From Octopus sinensis (taxonomy: Eukaryota): 64,000 bases of DNA. A program made the translations under genes and the position numbers. Numbering within the stretch: the stretch's first letter is position 1; every line of letters begins with the position of its first letter. Positions 53,394 to 64,000 of this stretch are shown in pieces. The stretch spans positions 20,894,001-20,958,000 of the forward strand of contig NC_043014.1 in assembly GCF_006345805.1 (NCBI RefSeq). Direction: 5' to 3'. The notes under the pieces were generated by a model. It was given only the letters and a program-made list of their open reading frames with translations, was not told the origin of the DNA and did not search any database.

Positions 53394-54646
53394 TTAGGTC
53401 CTCAAGATATATAGTAAACTTTGACAGCTGCTCATTTTGCGCCATTATTATATTTTGACAAACTTTATTTTTGTTAGAAAGTTGACACATCTATTTCTTT
53501 ATTCTAACTCATTCTGCGCTTTATAAAGTATTTATACATCGTTTTTTGCTGTTTTTGTTTAGAGATGGGTAAGTCGGAAATTCGTACAGTTTTGAAATAT
53601 GAGTTCTTTCTTGGAAATACAGCATCACAAACAGCTCGGAATATTAATGGAGTATTTCATTCTAATGCTATTACACAGCAGACTGCGTCAAATTGGTTTG
53701 CAAAATTTTGTTCTGGTAACTTTGACCTCACAAATGAGCAGCGCGGTCGACCACAAACAAGGGAGGATAATGACGAACTGAAAGCCACCGTTGTGCCAGA
53801 TCCATTTGAAAGTTTCCATGAATTTTCATTGTTGTTTGGTGTTAGCAAGCAAACAATATTGACTTACCTAGTTCAAATCGGTAAAGTGAAAAATTTCGTT
53901 AAGTGGGTTCCACATGTACTCAGTGAAAATCAGAAACAGCAACGTTTGGAAACCTGCATTATGCTACCTTCTCGTCACAAAAATGAATCAGTTTTGAATC
54001 AAATTGTAACATGATGAGAAATGGATCCAATACAGCAACCGTAAATGTTCAGCACAATGGTCGAACAAAGACGAGCCACCAAAACACAGTTCAAAATGAA
54101 AACTTCATCAAAAGAAGCTGACAGCGTGTGTTTGGTGGACTGGCGCAGGTGTGATCCATTATGATTTCATTAAACCTGGCTCATCAATCACGGCCGAAGT
54201 ATACTGCAGCTAACTGGACCAAATGATGCAGAAACTTTTAAAAAACAGCCTAGATTTGTCAACAGATCCGCTCCTATTTTATTGCAAGACAACGCCAGAC
54301 CACACATCGCAAAAATGATATTGGCGAAACTACAGGAGCTGGAAGTTCTCCATCATCCACCATACACACCAGATCTTGCCCCCACTGACTATCACTTCTT
54401 CCAGAATTTGGATAAATTTTTGATAGAAAAACATTTAATTCCGACGATGCTGTAAAACAGGCCTTCCAAGATTTTATTGATTCTATATTACCAGGCTTTT
54501 ACAGTTCCGGGCTGGACAAGCTACCGCTGAAATGGTAAAAGTGTATTGACAATATGGGTGCATACTTTGAGGAATAAAACTATTCCTTGTATTCATAAAA
54601 CAGCAAACTTTTCTTTTCTTTTCTACAAATTTCATACTTGACCTAA
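53394..54646 (+). mobile_element. Full-length but inactivated mariner (Hsmar1/cecropia-like), DD34D
   Basis: TA-flanked ends TTAGGTC.../...GACCTAA. Transposase 53565-54576 contains KWVPHVL, (D)EKWIQY, LLQDNARPH and HPPYTPDLAPTDYHFF, with frameshifts and stops; length ~1.25 kb. Confidence 0.92.
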
Positions 54647-54685
54647 TAATAATAAAGCAGCAAAAACATCACAAAAATATCATAA

Positions 54686-54731
54686 AAAACTGCTATTTAG
54701 AGTTTCATGTTCCCGTTCGTCGGACAGTTTT
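54686..54731 (-). ncRNA. Type I hammerhead-like motif (partly decayed)
   Basis: AAAACTGT-CCGACGA-ACG-GGAA-CAT-GAAA-CTCTAA-ATA-GCAGTTTT, with an 8-bp stem I. Confidence 0.6.
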
Positions 54732-54800
54732 GATTCTCAATCAATAATTATAATAAAGTATATAATATATATATATATATTATATATATATATATATATA

Positions 54801-55175
54801 ACTTATAAACAAGGGCAAAAGAAAAAAATTCTAATGCCAAATATGCCGAAAATAGACAAATTGTCAATAACCATATAATTTATCACTATAAACACGCGTC
54901 TCGAAGTAAGCCGACAGAAATTTCTAAAAAATTCCGTTATTACCGTAGCGGTCTCAACTTCAGAGTTAATTCATAAGAATTTTCTCCTCGTCAGCGATAA
55001 ATACGTAAGACATAAATGAAATACTTACTCATACCCATGAAAGAAATTTTTTAGAAATTTCTGTCGGCTTACTTCGAGACGCGTGTTTATAGTGATAAAT
55101 TATATGGTTATTGACAATTTGTCTATTTTCGGCATATTTGGCATTAGAATTTTTCTTTTGCTCTTGTTTATAAGT
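54801..55175. repeat. Inverted repeat, ~130-bp near-identical arms with a hammerhead-like spacer
   Basis: Arms 54801-54933 and 55045-55175 differ by about one substitution and an A-run length; the left arm abuts (TA)n. Confidence 0.88.
54940..55000 (-). ncRNA. Extended type I hammerhead-like motif (one core A missing)
   Basis: TTATCG-CTGACGA-GGAG-AA-AATTC-TTAT-GAATT-AA-CTCT-GAA-GTTG-AGA-CCGC-TA-CGGTAA. Confidence 0.55.
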
Positions 55176-55260
55176 TGTTTATAAATTAAACCTTCAAAGG
55201 TATTTTTTAATATGCTGGCCATTGATAAAATTTTTTCTCGAAAAATTTAATCCTATATTT

Positions 55261-55316
<56 letters not shown>

Positions 55317-55737
55317 TATATGCATAAATCTGTGCGTGTGTGTCTGTGTTCTGTATGTGTATATGTATACACAACACTCACACATACACATATATACATA
55401 CAGTGATAGAAGGAGAGAGAGAGAGAGAGAGAGAGAGAAAGGGAGGGAGAGTATATTTTTCGAAACATTAGCACTCGATTTCAAAATAATTCCTTCTGTT
55501 TCACATTTAAATATATTTATATTTCTAGAATATTCAGTCGTCTGTTAGTTTCTATGACGGCTAAATATATTCTAAACTTTATGAAAGTTCACAATCCGAT
55601 TTTAAAAGTGTAAACCAATTTAAACGCGATACAGTGAAAGAAAAAATTATTTTCTATCTTCCAAGGTATCTGGAACTGCAGACTTATTAATTGAAGATGT
55701 GATTCGTTTTTTAATTGAGAAATTTTATTAACGTATT

Positions 55738-55897
55738 TGCGCAGGTGTGGCTGTGTGGTAAGGGGCTTGCTTCCCAACTACATTTCCGGGTTCAGTCCGA
55801 CTGCGTGGTACCTTGGGAAAGCGTCTTCTACTATAGCCTCGGGCCGACAAAAGCCTTATGAGTTGATTTGGTAGAGAGAAACTGAAAGAAACCCATG

Positions 55898-55933
<36 letters not shown>

Positions 55934-56175
55934 CTGTGTGTGTTTCTGTGTCTGTGTTTGTACCCCACCACCATTTGACGACCGGTGTTGGTGTGCTTAC
56001 GTCTCTGTAACTTAGTGGTTCGGCAAAGAGAACGATAGAATAAGAGAACGATAGAATAAGTACCAAGCTTTACAGGAAAAAAAAACTTACTGGGGTCGAT
56101 TCGCTCGACTACAGTCCTTCAAGACGGTGCTCCAGCAAGGCCGCAGTGTAATGACTGAAGCAAGTAAGAGAAAAA
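55738..56175 (+). mobile_element. Full-length tRNA-derived SINE (CORE-like)
   Basis: GTGGCTGTGTGGTAAG...GGGTTCAGTCC...CCTTGGGAAAGCGTCTTCTAC plus the 3' half. Confidence 0.85.
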
Positions 56176-56648
56176 AAGTAAAAGAACCCCTTTGCTTGTC
56201 CAAAGCATTTTCCTAAGTTTCTCCTATATGTCCGAACTCGTTTCCAGACTTTTAGTTACCCTTGTTCTGAGTAATGTAAAGCTTTCCTTTCATAAATCAC
56301 AAGTTTCTCCGGGTGTCGAAAAAAATTGGGAATGTGCAACATGTATGATACGCGGATGGGAAAATGTTTACGTTTCAGACAGCTATTGCAGCTATTGTCA
56401 GATCCTGAAAACAGTCGTGTGAAATACCTGAGAAATTCACCACAAAGTTTGCCAAAGAAAATGCCTCTTGGAAAATAATGCAGACTGTGAGAGTATTTTG
56501 TCAGAGAATACAGACTCGCATCTTTGCTATTATATTCTATACCACTTCACTATTCGATGGTCAGTAACTTTGACATAATCAGCAGGACAACACGACAGAA
56601 GACATTCAAGGACAGCAAGAATTTAAAAGAAAACAGTCTGCTAGTTTT

Positions 56649-56680
<32 letters not shown>

Positions 56681-57204
56681 ACACACGAGATAACGTCTGG
56701 CTTATATAACCCTATTCACTTTGTATGTATGTATGAATGTATGTATGAATGTATATATGTGTGTGTGTATGTATGTATGTATGTATGTATGATGTATGTA
56801 TGTATGTATGTATGTACACACGTACGTTTATAATATATCAATAAGGTAAAGCATTTTTGTCCGTCACACCAAAATTTGCATGAAATCGTATCCTTATTTT
56901 CTCCTGGCGAACGACTTCATCAATGGACTTCAGTTTTGTTTCTTGTTTTATTTTATTCTATTCTATTATCTCTTTTTTTTTGTTTTTGCAATTGAATTCA
57001 TATTTCCTTTTTCGGTTCTTTAATTCCATGTAAGTTCCGGTCAAATAGAATATCTTAACTAGGCGTTTAAGACACAATGTTTTATCCGGGATTACTTTAT
57101 ACAATATATCCTAGTCTTCTTTCTTGTTAGGAGAGAGATTTCTACACTTCATTACTGGACGAAATTAACGTGACACAATGTAACAAGACTACTTCTCCTT
57201 CTTC

Positions 57205-57318
<114 letters not shown>

Positions 57319-60279
57319 TTATGTTTGACCTTTGCTTTGCATTTGTATAAGTTGGCTCACCTCAGGAGAAACAAGTTAGAAGCACATGTTGGTGTTATGC
57401 CTAGGGTGCCATATATTTGGTTTTGTACATAGTGTTGTTCTAGAGAATGTTTAAGAAACCATAAGATAATTATGTTTGTTTTAAAATTTAAGAATACGTA
57501 GTAATTTACGTAGGATATTGGCAGTTCTTTTGAATTTCTGCCATTTTGGGGTTTCCTGGTATCTGAGCTAGGTAGCAATCAGCCCCTTTTGCTATCATTC
57601 CTAGGGCACCTATACAACAGGTATTGTTTAGTCTTCAGGTTCCACATTTTGCTGATTTCTATTTCAAGATCTTTATATTTGCTCAGTTTTTGGTAGGTCT
57701 TGACAGATACGTTTATATCAATGAGGAAGGCATGTTCTTTGTTTGAAGTCTTTCAATATAATGTCTGGCCTATTTGCATTTATCTTTCTGTCAGTTTGAA
57801 TGGTGAAGTTCCAGAGAAGTGAGATGTGATCATTTTCAAGTACTGGGGGTGGTTTGTGTTCCCACCAATTTTTATGCTGGGGCAAGTTCAGTTTTTACAA
57901 ATTACCCAGTGAATATATTGTGCAGCTCTATCATGCCTGTTGAGATACTGCAAGAAACTGTACATGGAGACAACATGATCAATGGTCTCATTTTGTTGTT
58001 GACGTACACGACATTATTGAGGAGTTGCCGTTCTTTAATGTTGGCCTGGTAGTTACTTGTAGGTAGGCATTGATCTTGGGCTGTTATGATAAACCCTTCT
58101 GTTTCTGATTTTAAGCCAGAAGCCAGAAGCCATTAGCCATTGATGGGTAAGGGCTTTGTCAACATCGGCACTATTAGCTCCCTTTGGGTATTTGCCATTG
58201 AGAGGTTTTTCTTGCCATTTATCAGTCTAAGACAGCAGTTATAGCACGGGTTTTCATGCGCTTAGCTTTTTCTGCGCTTGTTTTTTGTATGTCTAATTCC
58301 AGAATTTGTTGTATTTGGAATTCACTTACCTATTCCTTTGTCTGTTTTGTTGCTGGGTATGATGCATTCTTGTTTTCATGTTTTGTGACAAGTTTTAACA
58401 TCCAATCCTCAGAGTTTTTCAGGTAGATGTCTAGACCAATTGTAGTAATCTTAATTGTTAATGCCAGCTGTAAAAGTCCACGGCCTCTCTCTTTTCTTGG
58501 CAAATAAAGTCGTTCTGTATCTGCCTTAGGGTGGTGCATTCTATGCATTGTCAACAGTTTTCGTAATTTTCTGTCAAGATTACATATTTCAGTAATTGAC
58601 CAGCTAATGATATTGAAACTGTAAGTCACGCCTGGTATGGCTAAAGTATTGATCGCTTCGATCCTGTTTCTTGCATTCAGCTCTGTCTTGAGTATTGCTC
58701 TCACCCTGCGATAACACTCTCTCCTGATCCTTTCCCTCATCACTGCACGTTTGAATGCGTCCCCTTCCTTTAACCCTAGGTATTTGTAGCTCTCCGCTGG
58801 TTCTAACTCTTTTATGACATTCTGCTGGTCAAGGTTAATGTTAGATGCTTCTGTCATTTTTCCTTTGATAAAGGTAGCTTTTGTACATTTATTGAGGCCA
58901 AATTGCATCCTCATGTCATCACTGAATTGTTTAACAATCGCTAGTAAGCCCTTGAGTTATTGGTTATTGTTTTCAAATAGCTTTAAATCATCCATGTAAA
59001 TGAGATGATTTATATTTTTATCAAACATTTTGTAACCGTACTGTGCATCATTGAGCAATTTCGAGAGAGGTATTAAGGCTAGACAAAAGAGCAGTGGTGA
59101 CAGTGAGTCAGCCTGGAAAATGCCACATGAAATTCTTACATCTCCAGCATTTAGAGATTCATTGTCACTGTTCAAAGTCAGTGTGATTCTCCATGATCTC
59201 ATACTTACAGACAAAATGTTTCGCAGAGTAGGCGCTATTTTATACATTTCCAGACATTTCTTAATCCAGCTATGAAGTAGGCTACCAAAAGCTTTTTGAT
59301 CCAGTTATGTTTTTTATAGTCTATCCAAGCTATTGACAAGTTTTTGTGTCGTATGTGACAATCTTCTAAGATCATCTTATTGGTGAGTAGCTGATCTTTA
59401 CAACCATAAGATCCTCGTTTACATCCTTTTTGCTGATTAGGGAATATGCTGCTTTGTATGAAAAAACTATAGTATATTCAGTCTTGACAGATGTTAGCGT
59501 TTTATACATAGTTGTTAAGCAGGTTATGGGTCTATAGTTTTTTGGTTCATTTGTTTCATGTTTTGGAAGAAGGAACGTTAAATCATTAACTAGCCAAGAG
59601 GAAGTCATACTAGGTTGTTGCAAAGCATTGTTGTAACGTTTTGTTAGCAGCTCATGGCTCTCTGGGAAGGCATTCAATCAGAAGTTAGGAATTTTATCCT
59701 TTCCTGGAGACTTCCATTTGCTTGACGTCCTGAGAGCAGATCTTATATCTTCTACCTTGACATCCTCCCACTTTTACTCCTTTAAGGAGTCTAAGTCTGT
59801 AGATATTCTATTAATCCAAAGGGTCTCTTCACTGTGTTTTTTCTTCTGCCCAAATTTGATTCCCAAATCCCTGCACTTCTTCTTTTGATGGGACAGACTT
59901 TACTGTAACTGGTATCTTCCCTATCTTCTTATAAAAAGTTTTGCGGTTATTTTTGAACATGTTGTCCTTGAAGAATCTAACGCGCTTTTCATACATCGCT
60001 ATGCGGGCAGCTTAAGCACATACCTTTTGCTTGATGGTTTCTATGGTGGTATCAATGTCAAATACGGTTTTCATGTTATATTTTTCCTTAATTTTCGGGT
60101 TTTTTTTTTTAGGTATGATAGTCTTGTTAAACTCAAGGTTTTTCAAACATGTTAGACCTAAGTAACTTAATTTGGTGCTGAATACGCTCTTGCCAAAAAG
60201 GCTTTTTGTGAGAATGTTGTCGTTTTCTAATCTTTTTACCACATAGAATTGTTGAGATTTTTGCAGATGCATAGTATAG

Positions 60280-60280
<1 letters not shown>
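57319..60280 (-). mobile_element. R4/Dong-clade non-LTR retrotransposon copy 1 (RT plus RLE), 5'-truncated, many lesions
   Basis: EPKNYRPITCLTTMYK, GIFQADSLSPLLFCLAL, HLIYMDDLKLF, FGLNKCTK, HHPKADTERLYLPRKERGRGL and IGALGMIAK; (AAT)n lies on both sides. Confidence 0.9.
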
Positions 60281-60352
<72 letters not shown>

Positions 60353-60359
60353 TATTATT

Positions 60360-60575
60360 CTGCGGTTAGCTGGCAGAATCGTTAGAATGCTCGACGAAAT
60401 GCTTAACGGTATTTCGCCCATCGCTACGTTCTGAGTTCAAATTCCGCCGTGGTCGACTTTACCTTTCATCCTTTCGGGGTCGATAAATTAAGTACCAGTG
60501 AAACACTGGGGTCGATCTAATCGATTTGTCTCCTCTTCCAAAATTTCAGGCCTTGTGCCTATAGTAGAAAGGATT
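60360..60575 (+). mobile_element. Nin/Deu-like SINE with an (ATT)n tail
   Basis: TAGCTGGCAGAATCGTTAG head, GTTCTGAGTTCAAATTCC, TTTCATCCTTTCGGGGTCGATAAATTAAGTACCAG, ending TAGAAAGG-ATTATT. Confidence 0.85.
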
Positions 60576-60714
60576 ATTATTATCATTGTTGTTGTTGTTG
60601 TTGCTATTATTATCATTATTATTATCATTATTATTATTATTATTATATTATTATTATATTATTATTATTATATTATTATTATTATTATATTATTATTATA
60701 TTATTATATTATTA

Positions 60715-60754
<40 letters not shown>
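60573..60754. repeat. (ATT)n-rich microsatellite
   Basis: Direct reading of the sequence. Confidence 0.95.
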
Positions 60755-60757
<3 letters not shown>

Positions 60758-63700
60758 TAGTTTTATTTTTATAGCGTGCTTTCACTTCACTACCGAGCGC
60801 AGCTCTGTGTGCCTTGGGTATGTGCTGTGATTTGTTGTGATGCTCTGATGGTTATTGTATGGAAAGTGTTCTGCGTAGGATGTGTGCAGTGCCTAGTAGT
60901 GCAATTTTCTGTATGTTATATGTGTTTGTAAGTCCTGGTGTTTTTGTTATGTATTTGTCTGAATATTTTTTATCATGCCTAATGCACCTACTATGATAGG
61001 AATTGTTTCTGTTTTCAGGTTCCACATTCTAGTTATCTCTATTTCCAGGTCTTTGTATTTTGAGAGTTTCTCCATTTCTTTTAGAGACACGTTGTCATCT
61101 GCCGGTATTGATACATCAATTAGAAAGCATTTTTTTTCTTCATGATCTCTGACAACTATATCTGGTCTGTTGGCCTTAATTTCTCTATCTGTGTGTATCG
61201 GCATATCCCAGAGTATGGTTGCTTTCTCGTTTTCTGTGACCTTTTCTGGTGTGTGCCTATACCATCTTTTTTCTGTTGTTATTCCATAGTGTTGGCATAG
61301 CTTCCAATGTATGTAAGTTCCAACTCTGTCATGTCTGTGAATATATTCCTTCTTAGCCAGGACTGGGCAGCTAGAGATAATATGATTTATTGTTTCTTGT
61401 CCATCTCCACATATTCTGCAGTTACTTGTAATATTTCTTTTCATTACATGTTTTTGGTAATTTCTGGTGGGGAGGCTTTGGTCTTGTGCTGCAATTAAAA
61501 ATCCCTCTGTTTCTGCTTTGAGTCCTGAGCTTCTCAACCATTGCTGGGATTTTTCTTTGTCTATTTCTTTTGCGTTTAGTTTAGTGCAGTATTTACCATG
61601 AAGGGGCTTTTCTTGCCATCGTTTTATCATGGCTCGTTGCTGTTCTATTTTTAGTTTGGATTTCATTTGTTTTATAGCTTTTGTTGTTTCTTCATCATCT
61701 TCTTCTTCTTCTTTGTGTTTATTAGGTGGTATGATTTCTTGTTTGTGTTTGTCAGCTTCCTTAAATACTGAGAACAGTTTTTTGTTTTGCTCGTGTTTTG
61801 CCGCTATCTGGATCAGTTTTCCTTCCTTCTGAAGTAGATATTTTTGCAGTCATATGGTGGTTATTTTATAGTAGTTTTCCAGCTGTATAAGGCCTCTACC
61901 ACCTTCAATACGTTGTATATATAGTCTTTCTATGTCAGATTTTGGGTGATGCATCCTAGATCCTGTCAGTATTTTTCTTGTTTTCCTATCTATTTTGGAC
62001 AGTTCATTTCGTGTCCAGTTAAGGATATTGTAGCTGTAACTTATAACTGGGACAGCTAAAGTGTTGATACTTATTATCTTGTTTTTGGCATTGAGCTCTG
62101 TTTTTAGTATTGATCTAACTCGTCTATAATATTCTTTTTTTATTTTCTCTTTCATTTGTGTGTGTTGTGTCTTATCTAGTTCATGGATTCCTAAGTATTT
62201 GTAAGTTTGGCTTTGGTCTAATTCTTTTATTTCATTGGTTTTATCTAGTGTGATGTTGTTACTCTTAACTAGTTTTCCTCTTTTCATGGTTACTTTGGCG
62301 CATTTTTCTAATCCAAATTTCATATCTATTTCTTTGGTAAATCCATGAACTGTCTTTAATAGTGTTTCCAGCTGTTTGTCATTTGCAGCGTATAGTTTTA
62401 GGTCATCCATATATAAAAGGTGGCTGATCGTTTTGCCGTAACATTTATATCCGCATCCAGTTCTATTTAGCATATCAGATAGAGGTGACAGTGCCAAGCA
62501 GAAAAGGAGTGGAGAGAGCGTGTCTCCCTGGAATATTCCTCTTCTAATGGGGATGTCTTTGGTTTTCATGAGTCCCTCTTTTGTTTGGAGGTGTAGGACT
62601 GTTTGCCATTTATTCATAGAGTGCTCTATGAATTTTATGATTGTTGGTGCTACTTTGTTAATGGCTAGTGTTTCGAGGATCCATGTGTGGGGGATGCTAT
62701 CAAACGCCTTTTTGTAGTCAATCCAGGCCATATTGAGACCTTTCTTCTTTCTGTGGCTGTCTTCAGTTACGGCTTTATTAATCATTAGTTGATCTTTACA
62801 GCCATATGAGCCCTTGCGGCATCCTTTCTGCTCTTCTGGGAACAGTTTGTTTTCGTCCAGGTGCTTGTTCAGCCTTTGTGATATCACTGCAGTAAATGCC
62901 TTGAACATAGTAGGGAGGCAGGTTATTGGTCTGTAGTTTTCTGGTTTTGTTGTTTCATTTGATTTGGGAATTAAGATGGTTTTCCCCTTCGTGAGCCATT
63001 CAGGCATTGTCTCTGGCTCTGCTAGTATGCTGTTAAAGTTTTCAGCCAGCTTTTTGTGCATTCCTGTTAGATATTTCAACCAGAAGTTGGGGATCTTGTC
63101 ATGCCCAGGTGCCTTCCAGTTGCTTAGTTTTTGCAGTGCCTGGGTGACCTCTTCAGTTGTTATGGGGGTCCAAAGTTGTTCAGATGCCGAGTTTGTTATT
63201 TTGATACTCCTTTTTTTTGGCTGTTCGTTCGCCGACCATATTCTCTCCAGAATTCTTCCAATTCTTCTGCCGTTGGTGCTGCAGTGACTTCTATTTTATT
63301 TTTGCCCAGTTCTTGGTAGAACTTTTTGGGGTCGGAGTTGAACTTTTTGTTCTGTTCAAAGAAGCGTTGGCGTTTCTCGTACCGGCGGATTCTTTGAGCT
63401 TTGGCAAGGATATCTTGCTTCAGCTTTTCTTTTATCTCCGGCAAATCTTTTTCTGTGATGTTATATTTGCGGAGCATTTTTGTTCTCTTTTTGTTGCTTA
63501 GTAGCGTTGCTTGTTTGCTGATTTCATTAAGAATCGACAGGTCTTTTCTAATTTTTTTTATTTGTTTTGGATGTTATTTATCCACAGGGTTTGTTTGGGT
63601 GGTGGTACTCCTGTTTGGGCGGGTTGGGTGAGTATCCAGCTTCTTTTGTGGCTGCAGTGGCTGCTGCGTATATCAAGTCATTTAGTTCAGTGATATCACT

Positions 63701-64000
63701 TTTTTTTGTTTCAGTGGCTAGTTCAGTGACGGCTAGGTTTATGTTGTTTATAATTGGTGTTGTTATTGCGTTTATTTTTATTCTTGGGAGGTATGGTCGG
63801 TGGTCCATTTTGGGCTCTGTGGTTTTCAGTTCTTTGATTATTTTATTTTTTATATTATCATAATCATTAGGCTCCCCTTCGTTGTTTACATCGTGTTTGT
63901 TGGGAATGTTGCGTTTGTCTTCGTGTTTTACAGTTTCAGTGTTTATATTATTGGGCATTGTTGTGTGGCTTCTATCTACATTTTCCTGGTGTATTTTTTC
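60755..64000 (-). mobile_element. R4/Dong-clade non-LTR retrotransposon copy 2, near intact, continuing beyond the window
   Basis: RT (PENYRPITCLPTMFK, WIDYKKAFDS, GIFQGDTLSPLLF, YMDDLKLY), CCHC (CRICGDGQETINHIISSC), and restriction-like endonuclease (RHD...RPDIVV..CFLIDVSIP..EKLSKY). One nonsense codon at 61850-61852; the corrected stop is at ~60852; a short 3' UTR is followed by (AAT)n. Confidence 0.95.

Noticed and set aside
62520-63863. Plus-strand ORFs opposite the Dong element (and similar antisense ORFs over the RTE, PLE and zinc-finger genes)
   Set aside because: Antisense shadows of real coding sequence, with no domain content.

Overview
Eukaryotic, AT-rich, repeat-dense genomic DNA. 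The SINE/LINE spectrum, huge (TA)n/(CA)n arrays and C2H2 zinc-finger genes point to an octopus (coleoid cephalopod) genome; this is inferred, not database-verified. Two convergent C2H2 zinc-finger genes are present (3..1115 +, open at the window edge; 32925..31969 -). The rest is mostly mobile DNA: a non-autonomous Helitron carrying a PIF1 helicase fragment, a Penelope-like (Neptune-type) retroelement embedded in (TA)n with a hammerhead ribozyme motif in its pseudo-LTR, a 1.9-kb foldback element with a 6-bp TSD, Tigger, Tc1, maT and three mariner relics, an RTE LINE with a PHD finger, two tandem R4/Dong-type RLE retrotransposons in (TAA)n, a dispersed 5S rRNA copy and many tRNA-derived SINEs. 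The most notable signal is a set of about five hammerhead-like motifs from at least three repeat families, several with a CCGACGA (U4C) core. Most short ORFs in the supplied track are microsatellite or antisense artefacts. There is a 100-N gap at 35092..35191, and many frameshifts fall in homopolymer runs, so some lesions may be sequencing errors.
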